A model generated the notes under the pieces. That model ran no database searches and had not been told where the DNA came from. It was given only the letters and a program-made list of their open reading frames with translations. From contig CAVTTN010000002.1 in assembly GCA_963737655.1 (NCBI GenBank), positions 4,704,001 through 4,768,000 of the forward strand: a DNA stretch of 64,000 nt. The letters are read 5' to 3'. The translations under genes and the position numbers were made by a program. This stretch comes from an uncultured Planctomycetota bacterium. GTDB taxonomy: Bacteria > Planctomycetota > Planctomycetia > Isosphaerales > Isosphaeraceae. Of this stretch, positions 20,392 to 31,150 are shown one piece after another (position 1 is the first letter of the stretch; each line of letters begins with the position of its first letter).

Positions 20392-21912
20392 ATGAGAGAG
20401 GCCCGCCCGCGCGACCCGCCCCCGCCGACGCCGCATCGCGGTCTACACCATCGACCGAGCGAGACGACACCCCATGCGACCCAGGGCGAAACGCGCCTTC
20501 CCGCGCCCCGTCTCGAAGCGCTGGAGACGCGCCGGATGCTGAGCGGGGGCGCCGCCGGCCCCGCCCCGTCGGCGGTCCAGGCCGTGCCCCCGGACCCCTC
20601 GACGGGCGTCCTGGTCGGGTTCCTGTCCGGGACGTCGTCGCTGGTGGAGCAAAAGCTCCTCAACTCGGTTCATGCTCAGTGGATCACGTCGTATCCCGGG
20701 GGCCCGAGCCTGGCCGAGGCCGCCTCGACGGCCGCCCGGGACGCCGCGATCGCCGAGCTATCGCGCGCGCCGGCCGTCCGGTACGCCGAGCCCGACTCGA
20801 CGATCCACGTCGATGCCACGATCCCCGACGACCCGGCCTTCTCCAAGCAATGGGGCCTGGACAACCCCAACGACGTGGACATCGACGCCCCCCAGGCCTG
20901 GGACACCACCACCGGCAGCGCCTCGACGATCGTCGCCGTGATCGACAGCGGGATCGACACGTCCCATCCCGAGTTCGCCGGGAGGATCTGGACCAATCCC
21001 AGCCCCGACACCTCCGGGCCCTACGCCGGGGACGTCAACGGCTGGAACTTCCTGGACAACAACGCCGACATCACCGACGACAACGGCCACGGCAGCCACG
21101 TCTCGGGCATCATCGCCGCCTCCGGGAACGACGGCATCGGCGTGGCCGGGATCGACTGGCACGCCCGGATCATGCCCTTGAAGTTCATCGGCGCCGACGG
21201 CAACGGCTCGGTCGACGACGCGGTCCGGGCGATCTATTTCGCCGTCGATCACGGGGCCCGGGTGATCAACGCGAGCTGGGGCGGCAACGACCACGTCCAG
21301 GCCCTGACCGACGCGATCTCCTACGCCAACTCCCACAACGTCGTCTTCGTGACCGCCTCGGGCAACGACGGCACCAACAACGCGAACAACCGCAGCTACC
21401 CGGCCGACGACCGCCTGCCGAACCTCCTGTCGGTCGCGGCGATCGACCAGAACGGGGCGCTCGCGTCGTTCTCGAACTTCGGGGCGACGACGGTGGACCT
21501 GGCGGCCCCCGGCGTGAACATCCGCAGCACCGTCCCGGGCGGCTATGCGACGTATTCCGGGACGTCGATGGCCGCGCCCTTCGTCACCGGGGTCGTCTCC
21601 CTGCTGGTCGGCCTCCATCCCGAAGACTCGGCGTCGCAGCTCGTCCAGCGGATCCTGGCGACGGTCAAGCCCCTGCCCGGCCTCCAGAAGAAGGTGATCT
21701 CCGGCGGGATCGTCGATGCCGCCAACGCGGTGTCGGACGCCTATTACGAGGCCCATCAGGGCTTGCTCGCGCCCAAGGCGGGCAAGCTGAAGCTCCACCG
21801 GGCGAAGGTGGTGAAGATCCACCACGTCTCGCCCGCAACCAGGCCGCACGCGACCAAGGCCACGGCCCACTCCAGGGCCGAGGCGATCCCGGTTCGCCTC
21901 GCGATCGGCTGA
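20392..21912 (+). CDS. Subtilisin-like S8 serine peptidase with planctomycete export motif
   Basis: LEALETRRMLS; catalytic VIDSG, HGSHVSG, GTSMAAP. Start codon uncertain. Confidence 0.92.
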   Translation: MREARPRDPPPPTPHRGLHHRPSETTPHATQGETRLPAPRLEALETRRMLSGGAAGPAPSAVQAVPPDPSTGVLVGFLSGTSSLVEQKLLNSVHAQWITSYPGGPSLAEAASTAARDAAIAELSRAPAVRYAEPDSTIHVDATIPDDPAFSKQWGLDNPNDVDIDAPQAWDTTTGSASTIVAVIDSGIDTSHPEFAGRIWTNPSPDTSGPYAGDVNGWNFLDNNADITDDNGHGSHVSGIIAASGNDGIGVAGIDWHARIMPLKFIGADGNGSVDDAVRAIYFAVDHGARVINASWGGNDHVQALTDAISYANSHNVVFVTASGNDGTNNANNRSYPADDRLPNLLSVAAIDQNGALASFSNFGATTVDLAAPGVNIRSTVPGGYATYSGTSMAAPFVTGVVSLLVGLHPEDSASQLVQRILATVKPLPGLQKKVISGGIVDAANAVSDAYYEAHQGLLAPKAGKLKLHRAKVVKIHHVSPATRPHATKATAHSRAEAIPVRLAIG

Positions 21913-21950
21913 ACGCGAACGCCACCCGCTTCGCCTCGCCGCCAGGGGTC

Positions 21951-21966
21951 CGGCATGGCGGTTGCA
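21951..21966 (+). promoter_or_regulatory. Sigma-54-type -24/-12 promoter
   Basis: CGGCATGGCGGTTGCA fits YGGCAYG-N4-TTGCW, ending ~68 bp before ATG 22034. Confidence 0.65.
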
Positions 21967-22033
21967 AGCCCGATCGCGCCTTCGAGGGACGTCCTGGGAC
22001 GGTCCATCGAGCGACACCGGGAGAGGCGCGATC

Positions 22034-22801
22034 ATGGCCAGCGTCGAGGCGATCAGGACGACGGAGACGGGCCGGGGGAACATCGGCCATGTCGGGTCGG
22101 AGCCGATTAACGTGGGGGAAGCCGAGCGGCTGGCGTCGCAGGTCGGCGGAGGCGTGCTCGTCGGGGTGGGTTTGCTCCGCGGAGGGATCGGCGGGCTGAT
22201 CCTGGCCGGGCTCGGCGGCGCCCTGTTCTATCGAGGGAAGACCGGCCATTGCCACCTCTATGAAGCCCTCGGCGCCGATACGTCGGACGAGCGGGGGACC
22301 ATGGACAGCGTGCCGGCCGGCGCGGGGGTCCGCGTCGAGGAAGCGATCACCATCGACCGCCCGGCGATGGACATCTACCACTTCTGGCGAGACTACGCCA
22401 ACCTGCCCCGATTCATGGGCGACATCGAGTCCGTGACCGGCTCGGGATCGCATTCCCACTGGGTCGCCAAGGAGCCCCTGGGGGTCTCGCTGGAGTGGGA
22501 CGCGGAGATCCACAACGACGTCCCGGGCGAGCTCATCGCCTGGCGTTCTACCGGCGGGCAGGTGGAGACCGCCGGCTCGGTCCACTTCGCCCCGGCCCCG
22601 GGAGGGCGAGGGACGGAGGTCCGCGTGAACCAGAAGTTCAACCCGCCGGGAGGCCGGCTCGCCGTGGCCGCGGCCCGGCTCCTGGGGCACGACCCGGCCT
22701 CGCTGACCCGGGCCAACCTGAGACGGCTGAAGGCCCTGATGGAAGCCGGCGAGATCGCCACCGTGACAGGGCAGACGCGGGGCAACCTCTCGCGAGGATG
22801 A
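22034..22801 (+). CDS. SRPBCC/cyclase-dehydrase family protein with N-terminal DUF2892-like segment
   Basis: [10 protein letters not shown]...[29 protein letters not shown]...SHWVA...EWDAEI...IAWRS. Confidence 0.88.
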   Translation: MASVEAIRTTETGRGNIGHVGSEPINVGEAERLASQVGGGVLVGVGLLRGGIGGLILAGLGGALFYRGKTGHCHLYEALGADTSDERGTMDSVPAGAGVRVEEAITIDRPAMDIYHFWRDYANLPRFMGDIESVTGSGSHSHWVAKEPLGVSLEWDAEIHNDVPGELIAWRSTGGQVETAGSVHFAPAPGGRGTEVRVNQKFNPPGGRLAVAAARLLGHDPASLTRANLRRLKALMEAGEIATVTGQTRGNLSRG

Positions 22802-22868
22802 ACCGCCGAGACGCCCCGCGATGATCCGTGTTCCCCGGCCTTCCCCACCTTTTCGGAGCCTCCCCTCC

Positions 22869-24038
22869 ATGAGAGCCCTGTGCTGGTACGGCAAGCATGA
22901 CGTGAGGGTCGAATCCGTGCCCGACCCGAAGCTCCTGAACCCTCGGGACGCCATCGTCAGGGTCACCGCCACGGCGATCTGCGGGTCGGATCTGCACCTT
23001 TATGACGGCTACATCCCCACGATGGAAAAAGGGGACATCCTCGGCCACGAGTTCATGGGCGAGGTGGTCGAGGTCGGCCGCGAGGTGGCCAACCTCAAGG
23101 TCGGCGACCGCGTGGTGGTGCCGTTCCCGATCTCGTGCGGCCGGTGCTTCTTCTGCAAGAAGGGGCTCACGTCGCTCTGCGACAACTCGAACCCCAACGC
23201 CGGGATGGCCGAGATGATGTACGGCTACTCGTCGGCCGGGATCTTCGGCTACTCGCACCTGTTCGGCGGCTATTCGGGCGGGCAGGCGGAGTACGTCCGC
23301 GTCCCCTATGCCGACTTCGGCCCCTTCAAGGTCCCCGACGGGATGGAGGACGAACAGGTCCTGTTCCTCACCGACATCCTCCCCACCGCGTTCATGGCCG
23401 TGGACAACTGCAACATCCAGCCCGGAGACATCGTGGCGATTTGGGGGGCCGGGCCCGTGGGGATGCTCGCCGCCCATTGCGCGTTCGTCCTGGGCGCCGA
23501 GCGGGTGGTCTCGATCGACCACTATCCCCACCGATTGCGGCACGTCCGCGAGAAGACCGGCGCCGAGGTCATCAACTTCGACGAGCAGGACGTGTACGAG
23601 ACGCTCCGCGACCTGACCGGGGGCCGGGGGCCCGACGCCTGCGTCGATTGCGTGGGCCTGGAGGCCCACGGCCACGGCCTGGGCGCGATCTACGACTACG
23701 CCAAGGCCAAGATGTTCCTGGCCACCGACCGCCCCAACGCCCTCCGCCAGGCGATCAACTCCTGTCGCAAGGGCGGGACGGTCTCCGTCCCGGGCGTCTA
23801 CGGCGGACTCCTCGACAAGTTCCCCTTCGGCGCCGCGTTCTCCAAGGCCCTGACGTTCCGGATGGGCCAGACCCACGTCCACAGCTACCTGCCCAGGCTG
23901 ACCGAGCTGATCGCCAAGGGGGACATCGATCCCAGGTTCATCATCACCCACCGGATGAACCTGGACGACGCCCCGGGCGGCTACCGCGAGTTCCACGACG
24001 CCCAGGACTCCTGCTTCAAGATCGTCCTGAAGCCGTGA
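22869..24038 (+). CDS. Zinc-dependent alcohol dehydrogenase (glutathione-dependent formaldehyde dehydrogenase-like)
   Basis: [30 protein letters not shown]. Confidence 0.93.
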   Translation: MRALCWYGKHDVRVESVPDPKLLNPRDAIVRVTATAICGSDLHLYDGYIPTMEKGDILGHEFMGEVVEVGREVANLKVGDRVVVPFPISCGRCFFCKKGLTSLCDNSNPNAGMAEMMYGYSSAGIFGYSHLFGGYSGGQAEYVRVPYADFGPFKVPDGMEDEQVLFLTDILPTAFMAVDNCNIQPGDIVAIWGAGPVGMLAAHCAFVLGAERVVSIDHYPHRLRHVREKTGAEVINFDEQDVYETLRDLTGGRGPDACVDCVGLEAHGHGLGAIYDYAKAKMFLATDRPNALRQAINSCRKGGTVSVPGVYGGLLDKFPFGAAFSKALTFRMGQTHVHSYLPRLTELIAKGDIDPRFIITHRMNLDDAPGGYREFHDAQDSCFKIVLKP

Positions 24039-24060
24039 CGTTCGGCGCATCGTGTGCTCC

Positions 24061-24175
24061 GTAGGGGGGATGAAGTCCACCGCCGCGTAGGGCGGGTGAA
24101 ACCCGCCAACCGGCGGAGGCCGACAGGCCGCCGACCGACCCAAGCACGCGGCGAGGTGGGTTTCACCCGCCCTGA
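24061..24175. repeat. REPIN, family B
   Basis: Degenerate copy at 24061-24081, GTAGGGCGGGTGAAACCCGCC at 24087-24107, reverse copy at 24155-24175. Confidence 0.85.
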
Positions 24176-24188
24176 TGGAGGCGCAATC

Positions 24189-24407
24189 ATGTCCGAGAAG
24201 ATCGAGCCGATCCGGCACAAGCTGACCGAGGCGATCCCCGATCCGAAGGACCACCCCGCGAACCCCATCGACTCGGGCGGCCCCCCGCCTCCGGTCGATC
24301 CGGCGATCGACGTGAAGCTGCACAACGCCGAGGTCCATCCCTCGAGGAAAGAGCACATGGTCGACATCGGCCGAGGCGAGCAGACCAAGGGCCGGGGGCC
24401 GTCCTGA
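24189..24407 (+). CDS. Small hydrophilic hypothetical protein (72 aa)
   Basis: GGAGG RBS; GC3-rich codons; lies inside the stress cluster. Confidence 0.65.
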   Translation: MSEKIEPIRHKLTEAIPDPKDHPANPIDSGGPPPPVDPAIDVKLHNAEVHPSRKEHMVDIGRGEQTKGRGPS

Positions 24408-24463
24408 TCAATCGTCCCCGACCGACGTTCCCCGACCCGAACCCTTTTCGGAGAGACCGCATC

Positions 24464-25338
24464 ATGGCCCAGGGCGTCCAGCACGAGCCGTCCCCGCCGT
24501 TCCCGGCGCAACATCAGGACAAGCCGGGACTGGACTCGGCGATGTCCCCCAAACCGAAGCACACCGCCCCGCATTACAAGGGGGCCGACAAGCTCAAGGA
24601 CAAGGTCGCGTTGATCACCGGGGGCGACTCGGGGATCGGCGCCTCGGTGTCGATCCTCTTCGCCCGCGAGGGCGCGGACGTCGCCATCGTCTACACCCCT
24701 CCGGAGCAGTCCGACGCCGAGCACGTCAAGCGACACGTCGAAAAAGAGGGCGCAAGTGTCTCTTGATCCCCGGCGACGTGAAAAGCTCCTCCTTCTGCAA
24801 GGATGCCGTGGAGAAAACCGTGAAGGAATACGGCAAGCTCGACATCCTGGTGAACAACGCCGCCGTGATGAGCCAGAGGCAATCGATCGACGAGGTCACC
24901 GACGAGGCCCTCGACGAGACGTTCCGCACGAACATTTTCGGCTATTTTTACATGGCCCGCGCCGCGTTGAAGCACATGAAGGAAGGCGCCACGATCATCA
25001 ACACCGGGTCGGTGGCGGGCCTGGAGGGCCCGGCGAAGCTCCTGGACTACTCGGCCACGAAGGGGGCGATCCACACCTTCACCAAGGCCCTCGCCGGCAG
25101 CCTGATCGACCGCAAGATCCGGGTCAACTGCGTGGCCCCGGGGCCGATCTGGACGCCCCTGAACGCCTCGGACCGCACCCCCGAGGACATGGCCCAGTAC
25201 GGCGGGAAAGTCCCGATGGGCCGGCCCGGCCAGCCCGAGGAGCTCGCCCCGGCCTACGTCTTCTTCGCCAGCGAGGCCGATAGCAGCTACATCAGCGGAG
25301 AGGTGCTGTCGGTCTACGGAGGCAAGACGACGGCGTGA
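24464..25338 (+). CDS. SDR oxidoreductase (general stress protein 39/YdaD-YghA-like), frameshift near 24750
   Basis: KVALITGGDSGIG, LVNNA, YSATKG, VAPGPIWTP; frames join as EKEG/RKCLLIPGD. Confidence 0.9.
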
Positions 25339-25384
25339 GCCGGGTGGCCCGGCTCCGTGGAAAACCCCTTCGAAGGATCGAGAG

Positions 25385-25455
25385 GAGTCGGTCCGGCTTC
25401 AGTCGGGCCTACAAGAATCCTTTTTTCGTAGGCCCGACTGTAGTCGGACCGACTC
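25385..25455. repeat. REPIN, family F (GTAG ends facing inward), possible terminator between convergent genes
   Basis: GAGTCGGTCCGGCTTCAGTCGGGCCTAC-N15-GTAGGCCCGACTGTAGTCGGACCGACTC. Confidence 0.8.
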
Positions 25456-25534
25456 GTTTCCTCACTCTCGATGGGGTTTTCTACAGGGCACGGGCCACCC
25501 TCATTGCGTCCGAGCCCGGCCTCTGCGGTCAGGT

Positions 25535-26181
25535 TCACGACGAGCCTTCGGCCCCTCCCCGACGTTTCTTCCGGGACCGCTTCGGCCAGCGGTCGGCCGC
25601 TCCGAAGAGGAGGGCCATCGGCAGCTCGAATCCCGGCAAGAGCGGCGTCCGATAGACCCCGTCGGCCGGGATCACGAGTCCGGCCAGGTCTGGCCGGAAG
25701 ACGGTCATCGTCCTGGCGAAGCGGTCGATGATCCAGTATTCGAGGATGCCCAAGGCGAGGTACTCCGCCCGTTTCTCCTCGTAGTCTCGCAACCAATCCC
25801 GCTTCGATTTCGACACGAATTCGATCGCGATGGTCGGCAGGTCGAGCTCGAAGTCGGCGCGCGGCCCAGGCCGATCCAGACGAGGCGGTCGGCCCGCCGC
25901 CGGTCCTTCCCGGAATAGACGTACCGCTTGGGCAGGGTCGCATCGATCACCCCGCCCTGGGGATGGTTCCGTTTGTATTCACGGAGGAGGGACCCCAATT
26001 CCTCGTTCGGGTCGCCCTCGGCGACCGAGGGCAGGCGCGACACGACGAGGACTCCCCGGATCAACTCATAGCGCAACCGCGGATCGAACTCGCCGATCGA
26101 GTCGAACTCCTCGGGCGTCATCGAGAGGCCCGCGCAGCCCAGGTCGAGCTTCTTCCGGCGTGTTTTGCGGATCGTGCTCAT
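25535..26181 (-). CDS. Uma2/DUF820 restriction-endonuclease-fold protein, frameshift near 25856
   Basis: MTPEEF...RYELIRGVLVV...RRAD...PTIAIEFVS...DYEEKRAEYLALGILEYWIID. Confidence 0.88.
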
Positions 26182-26210
26182 CGCGAAGACCCTCCCGGTC
26201 CGGTCCCATC

Positions 26211-27124
26211 CTACCTCGCGGGGACGCTCGTGCAGGGGATCTTGCGATCGATCCGCTTGAGGAGGCCGGTCAAGACCCGTCCCGGGCCGATCTCGAAGAA
26301 CTCGGTGAAGCCGTCGGCGATCATGGCTCGCATCGAGTCTTCCCAGCGGACCCCGTGGGTGACCTGCATGGCCAGTTTCTGGCGGATCGCGTCGGGGTCG
26401 GGGTCGTGAGGCCGGGCGTCCACGTTCGAGTAGACGGGGATCGTGGGCGAGACCATCGCCGAGGCGGCCAAAGCCTCGGTCAGCCGGTCGTCGGCCGGCT
26501 TCATCAGGGGAGTGTGGAAGGCTCCGGCGACCGCCAGGGGAATGACCCGCGAGGCGCCCAGCTCCGAGGCGATCGGCCCCGCGTGCTCCAGGGCCGATTT
26601 GTCGCCCGAGACGACGATGTTGCCCGGCCCCAGCAGGTTCGCCTTCCACAACCGCCCGTGAGGCGCGACCTGGTGGCAAAGCTCGTCGATCTTCGCCTCG
26701 TCCAGGCCCAAAATACTGGTCATCCCGCTCGGCGAGGCGACGGCGGCGGCCTGCATCGCCTGGCCGCGTTTCTGGACGACTCGCAGGCCCGCCTCGAACC
26801 CCATCGCCCCGGCGAAGACCAGCGCGGTGTACTCGCCCAGGCTCAGGCCGGCGGCCCCGGCGCAGGAGGCGACGACGTCGGGCCTGGTTTCCTTCAGGTC
26901 TTCCAGGGCGGCCAGGCTCGCCACGAAGATGGCCGGCTGGCTGACGTCGGTGGCCTCCAGGGCCTCCGCCGGGCCGTCGAAGCAGACCTTGCGGAGGTCG
27001 AAGCCGAGGACCTCGGCGGCGTGGTCGAACAGGCTCCGGACGGCCGGGCGGTCCCGGTCGAGCTCTCGGGCCATCCCCACGGCCTGGGCCCCTGGCCGGG
27101 GAAGAGGAACGCGATCTTGGCCAC
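26211..27124 (-). CDS. fabD: Malonyl-CoA:ACP transacylase, 1-nt deletion in a G-run near 27090
   Basis: AFLFPGQG, SQPAIF, GLSLGEY, AGAFHTPLM, EIGPG. Confidence 0.95.
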
Positions 27125-27170
27125 GGTGAGGAGTCCTTTCGCGATCGATCGGCGGAGACGAGACGCCCGA

Positions 27171-28193
27171 TCACTCGGCCTTCGGGGCGTCGGACAAACC
27201 CTTGAGGATCTCCTCGGCGATGGTGGCCGCCCCCATGATCGCGGCGACCCGGAGCGCGTTCTTGATCGCCCGGGCGTCGCTGGAGCCGTGGCAGATGATG
27301 CACCCGCCCTTGATCCCCAGCAACGGGCCCCCGCCGAACTCCTTGTACTCGTAGCGGGCCTTGATCCCCTTCAGGCCCCCGGCGATCCTCGCGGCGGCCT
27401 CGGGCGGCAAGTCGGGCAGCACTTTGCCCAACTCGATCTTGAGCTGCGAAAACAGGAACTCGACGGCCCCCTCGCCCATCTTGAGCAGGACGTTGCCGGT
27501 GAACCCCTCGCAGACCACCACCCGGGCCTTGCCCTCGTACAGGTCGCGGCCCTCGACGTAGCCGACGAATCGGCCGGCCAGCGGGCTCTTGAGGAACAGG
27601 CTGCGGGCCTCGCGGACCAGGTCGGTCCCCTTCTCTTCCTCGCTGCCGACGTTGAGGATGCCGACCGTCGGCGCGGTCACGCCCAGGACGTGCTCGGCGT
27701 AGACGGCGCCCATCACGCCATACTGGTAGAGGTCCTCGGGCTTCGCGGCCATGTTGGCGCCGACGTCCAGGATGGCCACCGGGCCTTGATGCGAGGGCCA
27801 GACGGCGGCGATCCCCGGCCGGCGGACGCCCGGCAGGAACATCTTGGCGTTGAACAGGGCCGAGGCCACCATCGCGCCGGTGCTCCCGGCCGAGACCACG
27901 GCGTCCACCTCCCCCTGCGCCAGCAGGAGCCACGATCGGGAGATCGAGTTGTCGCGCTTCTTGCGGAGGGCCTCGACGGGCTTCTCGTCCATGCCGATGA
28001 CCTGGCTGGCGTGGACGATCGGCAGGCGGTCGCGGGGGGCGTCGGCGGCCTTGGCCAGCTCGGCCTCGACCTGGGCCTGGTCGCCCACCAGCACCACGGT
28101 CAACGCGGGGTCGGCCCCGACCGCCTCGACCGCCCCGGCGACGATCGGTCCGGGGGCGTCATCGCCGCCCATGGCGTCCAGGGCGATCTTCAT
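27171..28193 (-). CDS. plsX: Phosphate acyltransferase PlsX
   Basis: MKIALDAMGGDDAP, SAGSTGA, LDVGAN, EGFTGNV, HGSS. Confidence 0.96.
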   Translation of the reverse strand: MKIALDAMGGDDAPGPIVAGAVEAVGADPALTVVLVGDQAQVEAELAKAADAPRDRLPIVHASQVIGMDEKPVEALRKKRDNSISRSWLLLAQGEVDAVVSAGSTGAMVASALFNAKMFLPGVRRPGIAAVWPSHQGPVAILDVGANMAAKPEDLYQYGVMGAVYAEHVLGVTAPTVGILNVGSEEEKGTDLVREARSLFLKSPLAGRFVGYVEGRDLYEGKARVVVCEGFTGNVLLKMGEGAVEFLFSQLKIELGKVLPDLPPEAAARIAGGLKGIKARYEYKEFGGGPLLGIKGGCIICHGSSDARAIKNALRVAAIMGAATIAEEILKGLSDAPKAE

Positions 28194-28307
28194 GAAAGAG
28201 ACTCCGAATCGGAAGGGGGACCCATCTCGGAAACCGAGGGCGGAAACGCAGAAAGGACGGGGCGATCCCCCCGTCCTCCTAGCACGGATCGTTCCGGGCC
28301 GGGCCGT

Positions 28308-28337
28308 ATCGTAGGAGATCGCTTCGGGGGCTGTCAA
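28308..28337 (-). promoter_or_regulatory. Sigma-70 promoter for plsX-fabD
   Basis: Minus strand TTGACA-N18-TACGAT. Confidence 0.6.
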
Positions 28338-28367
28338 GTTCCTTGACGGGGGCCGTCGCGGTATCCT

Positions 28368-28383
28368 GGGCCCGCGATTTGCT
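28368..28383 (+). promoter_or_regulatory. Sigma-54-type -24/-12 site upstream of dps
   Basis: GGGCCCGCGATTTGCT (GG-N10-GC with TTGC). Confidence 0.5.
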
Positions 28384-28470
28384 CGCGTCTTGACCCGACC
28401 GGCGCGACGCCGGATTCGCGCCGCCCTCGCCGACGAGACCGAGCTTCCCCACGATCCAGGAGCCCCAGTC

Positions 28471-28983
28471 ATGGCCGCGACGCGTTCGCCCAGGACCCGC
28501 CAGTTCCCGACCCACATCGAGATCCCCGCCGACAAGCGCGAGGCGCTGATCGAGAAGCTCAACGCCTCCCTGGCCGACACCTTCGACCTCTTCAGCCAGA
28601 CCAAGCAGGCCCACTGGAACGTCAAGGGGAAGGACTTCTACCAGCTCCACCTGCTCTTCGACGAGATCGCCGGGGAAATCGAGGAATTCGTGGATATGAT
28701 CGCCGAGCGCTGCACCAGCCTCGGCGGCTACGCCACGGGGACCGTCCGGATGGCCGCCCAGAGCTCGAGCCTGCCGGAATATCCGACCGACGCGATCGCC
28801 GGGATGGACCACGTCGCCGCCCTGGTCGAGCGGTTCTCGCTCTACGCCGCGAAGGTCCGTCGCGAGATCGACGAGACCGACGACCTGGGCGACCCCTCGA
28901 CGGCCGACCTCTTCACCGAGATTTCCCGGGTCGTCGACAAGCGGCTCTGGTTCCTCGAAGCCCACATCCAGGACCAGGAATAA
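28471..28983 (+). CDS. dps: DNA starvation/stationary-phase protection protein Dps
   Basis: KQAHWNVKG.DFYQLHLLFDE...DMIAER...DKRLWFLEAH. Confidence 0.96.
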   Translation: MAATRSPRTRQFPTHIEIPADKREALIEKLNASLADTFDLFSQTKQAHWNVKGKDFYQLHLLFDEIAGEIEEFVDMIAERCTSLGGYATGTVRMAAQSSSLPEYPTDAIAGMDHVAALVERFSLYAAKVRREIDETDDLGDPSTADLFTEISRVVDKRLWFLEAHIQDQE

Positions 28984-29024
28984 GGCCCGAGACCGCCTGA
29001 CCGGCGACCGCTCTTGACGCCCGC

Positions 29025-29060
29025 CTCCCGGATTTGCAAAATTCTTCGCAAATCCGGGAG
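29025..29060. promoter_or_regulatory. Perfect 13-bp inverted repeat (operator or dps terminator)
   Basis: CTCCCGGATTTGC-N10-GCAAATCCGGGAG. Confidence 0.6.
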
Positions 29061-29067
29061 ACTCGCG

Positions 29068-29096
29068 TTCACAACCGGGCGGGGATATTGTATAGT
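29068..29096 (+). promoter_or_regulatory. Sigma-70 promoter giving a probably leaderless XRE mRNA
   Basis: TTCACA-N17-TATAGT; only 7 nt between the -10 and ATG 29104; no Shine-Dalgarno. Confidence 0.65.
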
Positions 29097-29103
29097 GACT
29101 GTC

Positions 29104-29541
29104 ATGAAAATCGACGAAAAGCTCCGCAAACAGATGCTGGACAAGGGCTTCAATCAACAGAAGCTCGCCCGAGCGTCGGGTGTGAGCGACTCGGAAGTCT
29201 CCCGCATCCTCGGGGGGAAATCCCAGCCGGGGCTGGAGAACGCCCTCCGATTGGCCCGCGCCCTGGGCGTCTCGCTCGACTATCTGGCCGATCAGGCGCT
29301 CGACCACGAGGCCGGGGCGCCCCGGGACGCCGGCGGATCGATCGAGGCCGAGATCCTCGAATCGGCCCGGAGCCTCGGGGTTCGGCACGCCCGCCGGATC
29401 CTGGAGACGGCCGCCGACCTCGGCTACGAGGTCGCGATCCGCCGCCTCCTGGAGATCAAGCCGCTGATCGAGGTCGGCGAGCCCCCGAGAGTCGCCCCGA
29501 TCCCGACGATCATGCCCGATCGCCGGGCCTCGACCGGTTGA
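29104..29541 (+). CDS. XRE-family HTH transcriptional regulator
   Basis: NQQKLARASGVSDSEVSRILGGKSQP...LARALGVSLDYL. Confidence 0.92.
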   Translation: MKIDEKLRKQMLDKGFNQQKLARASGVSDSEVSRILGGKSQPGLENALRLARALGVSLDYLADQALDHEAGAPRDAGGSIEAEILESARSLGVRHARRILETAADLGYEVAIRRLLEIKPLIEVGEPPRVAPIPTIMPDRRASTG

Positions 29542-29580
29542 CCTCGGCGGAACCGCGGCCCCGGCCCCCTCGATGCCTCG

Positions 29581-30999
29581 TCAGAATTGCTTCCGCTGCC
29601 GGCTGGAGGGGATGCGGAGGGCCTTGCGATACTTGGTCACCGTCCTCCGGGCGACGGGGAAGCCGCTTTGCGCCAGGGCATCGACGATTTCTTCGTCGGA
29701 CAACGGGCTCTGCTTGTCTTCCTTGGCGATGATTTCCAGCAATTTCTGCTTGATCGTCTCCCAGGCCACTTCCTCGCCGTCGGTCGTGGTGGTCCCCCCG
29801 CCGAAGAAACGCTTCAGGGGGAAGATGCCCCGGGGGGTCTGGACCCACTTGTCATCGACGGCCCGGCTGACCGTGGTCACGTGGACGTGGACCTGGTCGG
29901 CGATCTGCTGCATCTTCAGCGGCTCGATCCACTCCGGGCCCTTGTCCAGGAAGTCCTTCTGGTGCTCGATGATCGCCCGGGCGACCTTGAGCAGGGTATT
30001 CCGCCGTTGCTCGATCGATTCGATCAGCCAGCGGGCGGACTGGATCTTCTTCTGGATGAACTCGCGGGCCGCGGCGTCGCCCTGCTTGTTCTTCAGGAGC
30101 TTCTGGTAGTATCGCGAGATGGCGAGCTGGGGGGTGTGCTCGTCCTGGAGCCGGACCTGATAGACGCCGTGTTCGTCGGCCTCGACGACCAGGTCGGGCA
30201 GGACGTACTGGGCGCCGGTGGCGATGAACCGGGAGCCGGGGCGGGGGTCGAGGTGGCGGAGGTGGCCGATGGCTTCCTTGATCTGATCGATCGACAGGCC
30301 GGTCTTCTTCTCGATGGCCGGCAGGCGGTTCTGCTGGAGGTCGTCGATGTGATTGGAGATCAGGACGTAGAGGGTCTCTCGGCTGGGGGTCTCGGGCGTG
30401 AGCTGCAAGAGGAGGCATTCACGGAGGTCTCGGGCGCCGACGCCCAGCGGGTCGAGCTTCTGGACCAGGCGGAGGGCCTCGTCGGCCTCGGCCATCGTGG
30501 CGTCTCCGGCGAAGTCGCGAAGGGCCTCCTGCAGGCTGACTTTCAGGTAGCCATTCTCGTCCAGGTTGTGGATCAGGTATTCGGCCAGGGCGCGGACGGT
30601 GGGATCGGTGTCGAGGAAGGCGAGCTGATCGGCCAAATCGTCGTGGAGGGACCGGGGGCGTGAGGCCATGTTCTGCATGGCGTCGTGCTTGCGGTCGGCC
30701 TCCTCGCTGAGGGCGGCCCGGCTGGGGCGGTGGGCGTCCTGGAACGAGTCATTCCAGTCGTCGCCGTCCTCGAACGGGGCCTCTTCGGCCGGGGCTTCGA
30801 CCGGGGCGGGTTCCTCGCCGTCGGTCTCCCCCGGGGCGGTCTCGCGAAGCTCCAGGACGGGGTTCTCGCTCAGCTCCTGGTCGATTCGCTCCTGGAGCGC
30901 CATCAGCGGCAGTTGGAGGATTTCCATCGACTGGATCATCCGCGGCGCCATGCGAAGCCGCATGTCGGTCCGCATCTGCTGCGAGGTGTCGAGACGCAT
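29581..30999 (-). CDS. rpoN: RNA polymerase sigma-54 factor
   Basis: LQLP...ENPVLE, GVGARDLRECLLLQ, TTVSRAV, RpoN box ARRTVTKYR. Confidence 0.97.
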   Translation of the reverse strand: MRLDTSQQMRTDMRLRMAPRMIQSMEILQLPLMALQERIDQELSENPVLELRETAPGETDGEEPAPVEAPAEEAPFEDGDDWNDSFQDAHRPSRAALSEEADRKHDAMQNMASRPRSLHDDLADQLAFLDTDPTVRALAEYLIHNLDENGYLKVSLQEALRDFAGDATMAEADEALRLVQKLDPLGVGARDLRECLLLQLTPETPSRETLYVLISNHIDDLQQNRLPAIEKKTGLSIDQIKEAIGHLRHLDPRPGSRFIATGAQYVLPDLVVEADEHGVYQVRLQDEHTPQLAISRYYQKLLKNKQGDAAAREFIQKKIQSARWLIESIEQRRNTLLKVARAIIEHQKDFLDKGPEWIEPLKMQQIADQVHVHVTTVSRAVDDKWVQTPRGIFPLKRFFGGGTTTTDGEEVAWETIKQKLLEIIAKEDKQSPLSDEEIVDALAQSGFPVARRTVTKYRKALRIPSSRQRKQF

Positions 31000-31150
31000 A
31001 ATCCTGGGTCCCGCCGCGAAGGAGAGAGGGAAGCGGTCGTCCACGATGGCCTAGACGGCCCGGCCGGACCTCGGCGGAAAGGCGTTGGGGCCGTCAGCCC
31101 ACGGTGCAAATCTTATACCAAGACTCGCGTCAGGGCAAGAGGGGACCGCC

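Noticed and set aside
26211..27124. fabD pseudogene or programmed frameshift
   Set aside because: One G is missing from a homopolymer in the conserved PGQGAQ motif of a normally essential gene, consistent with the window-wide error pattern.
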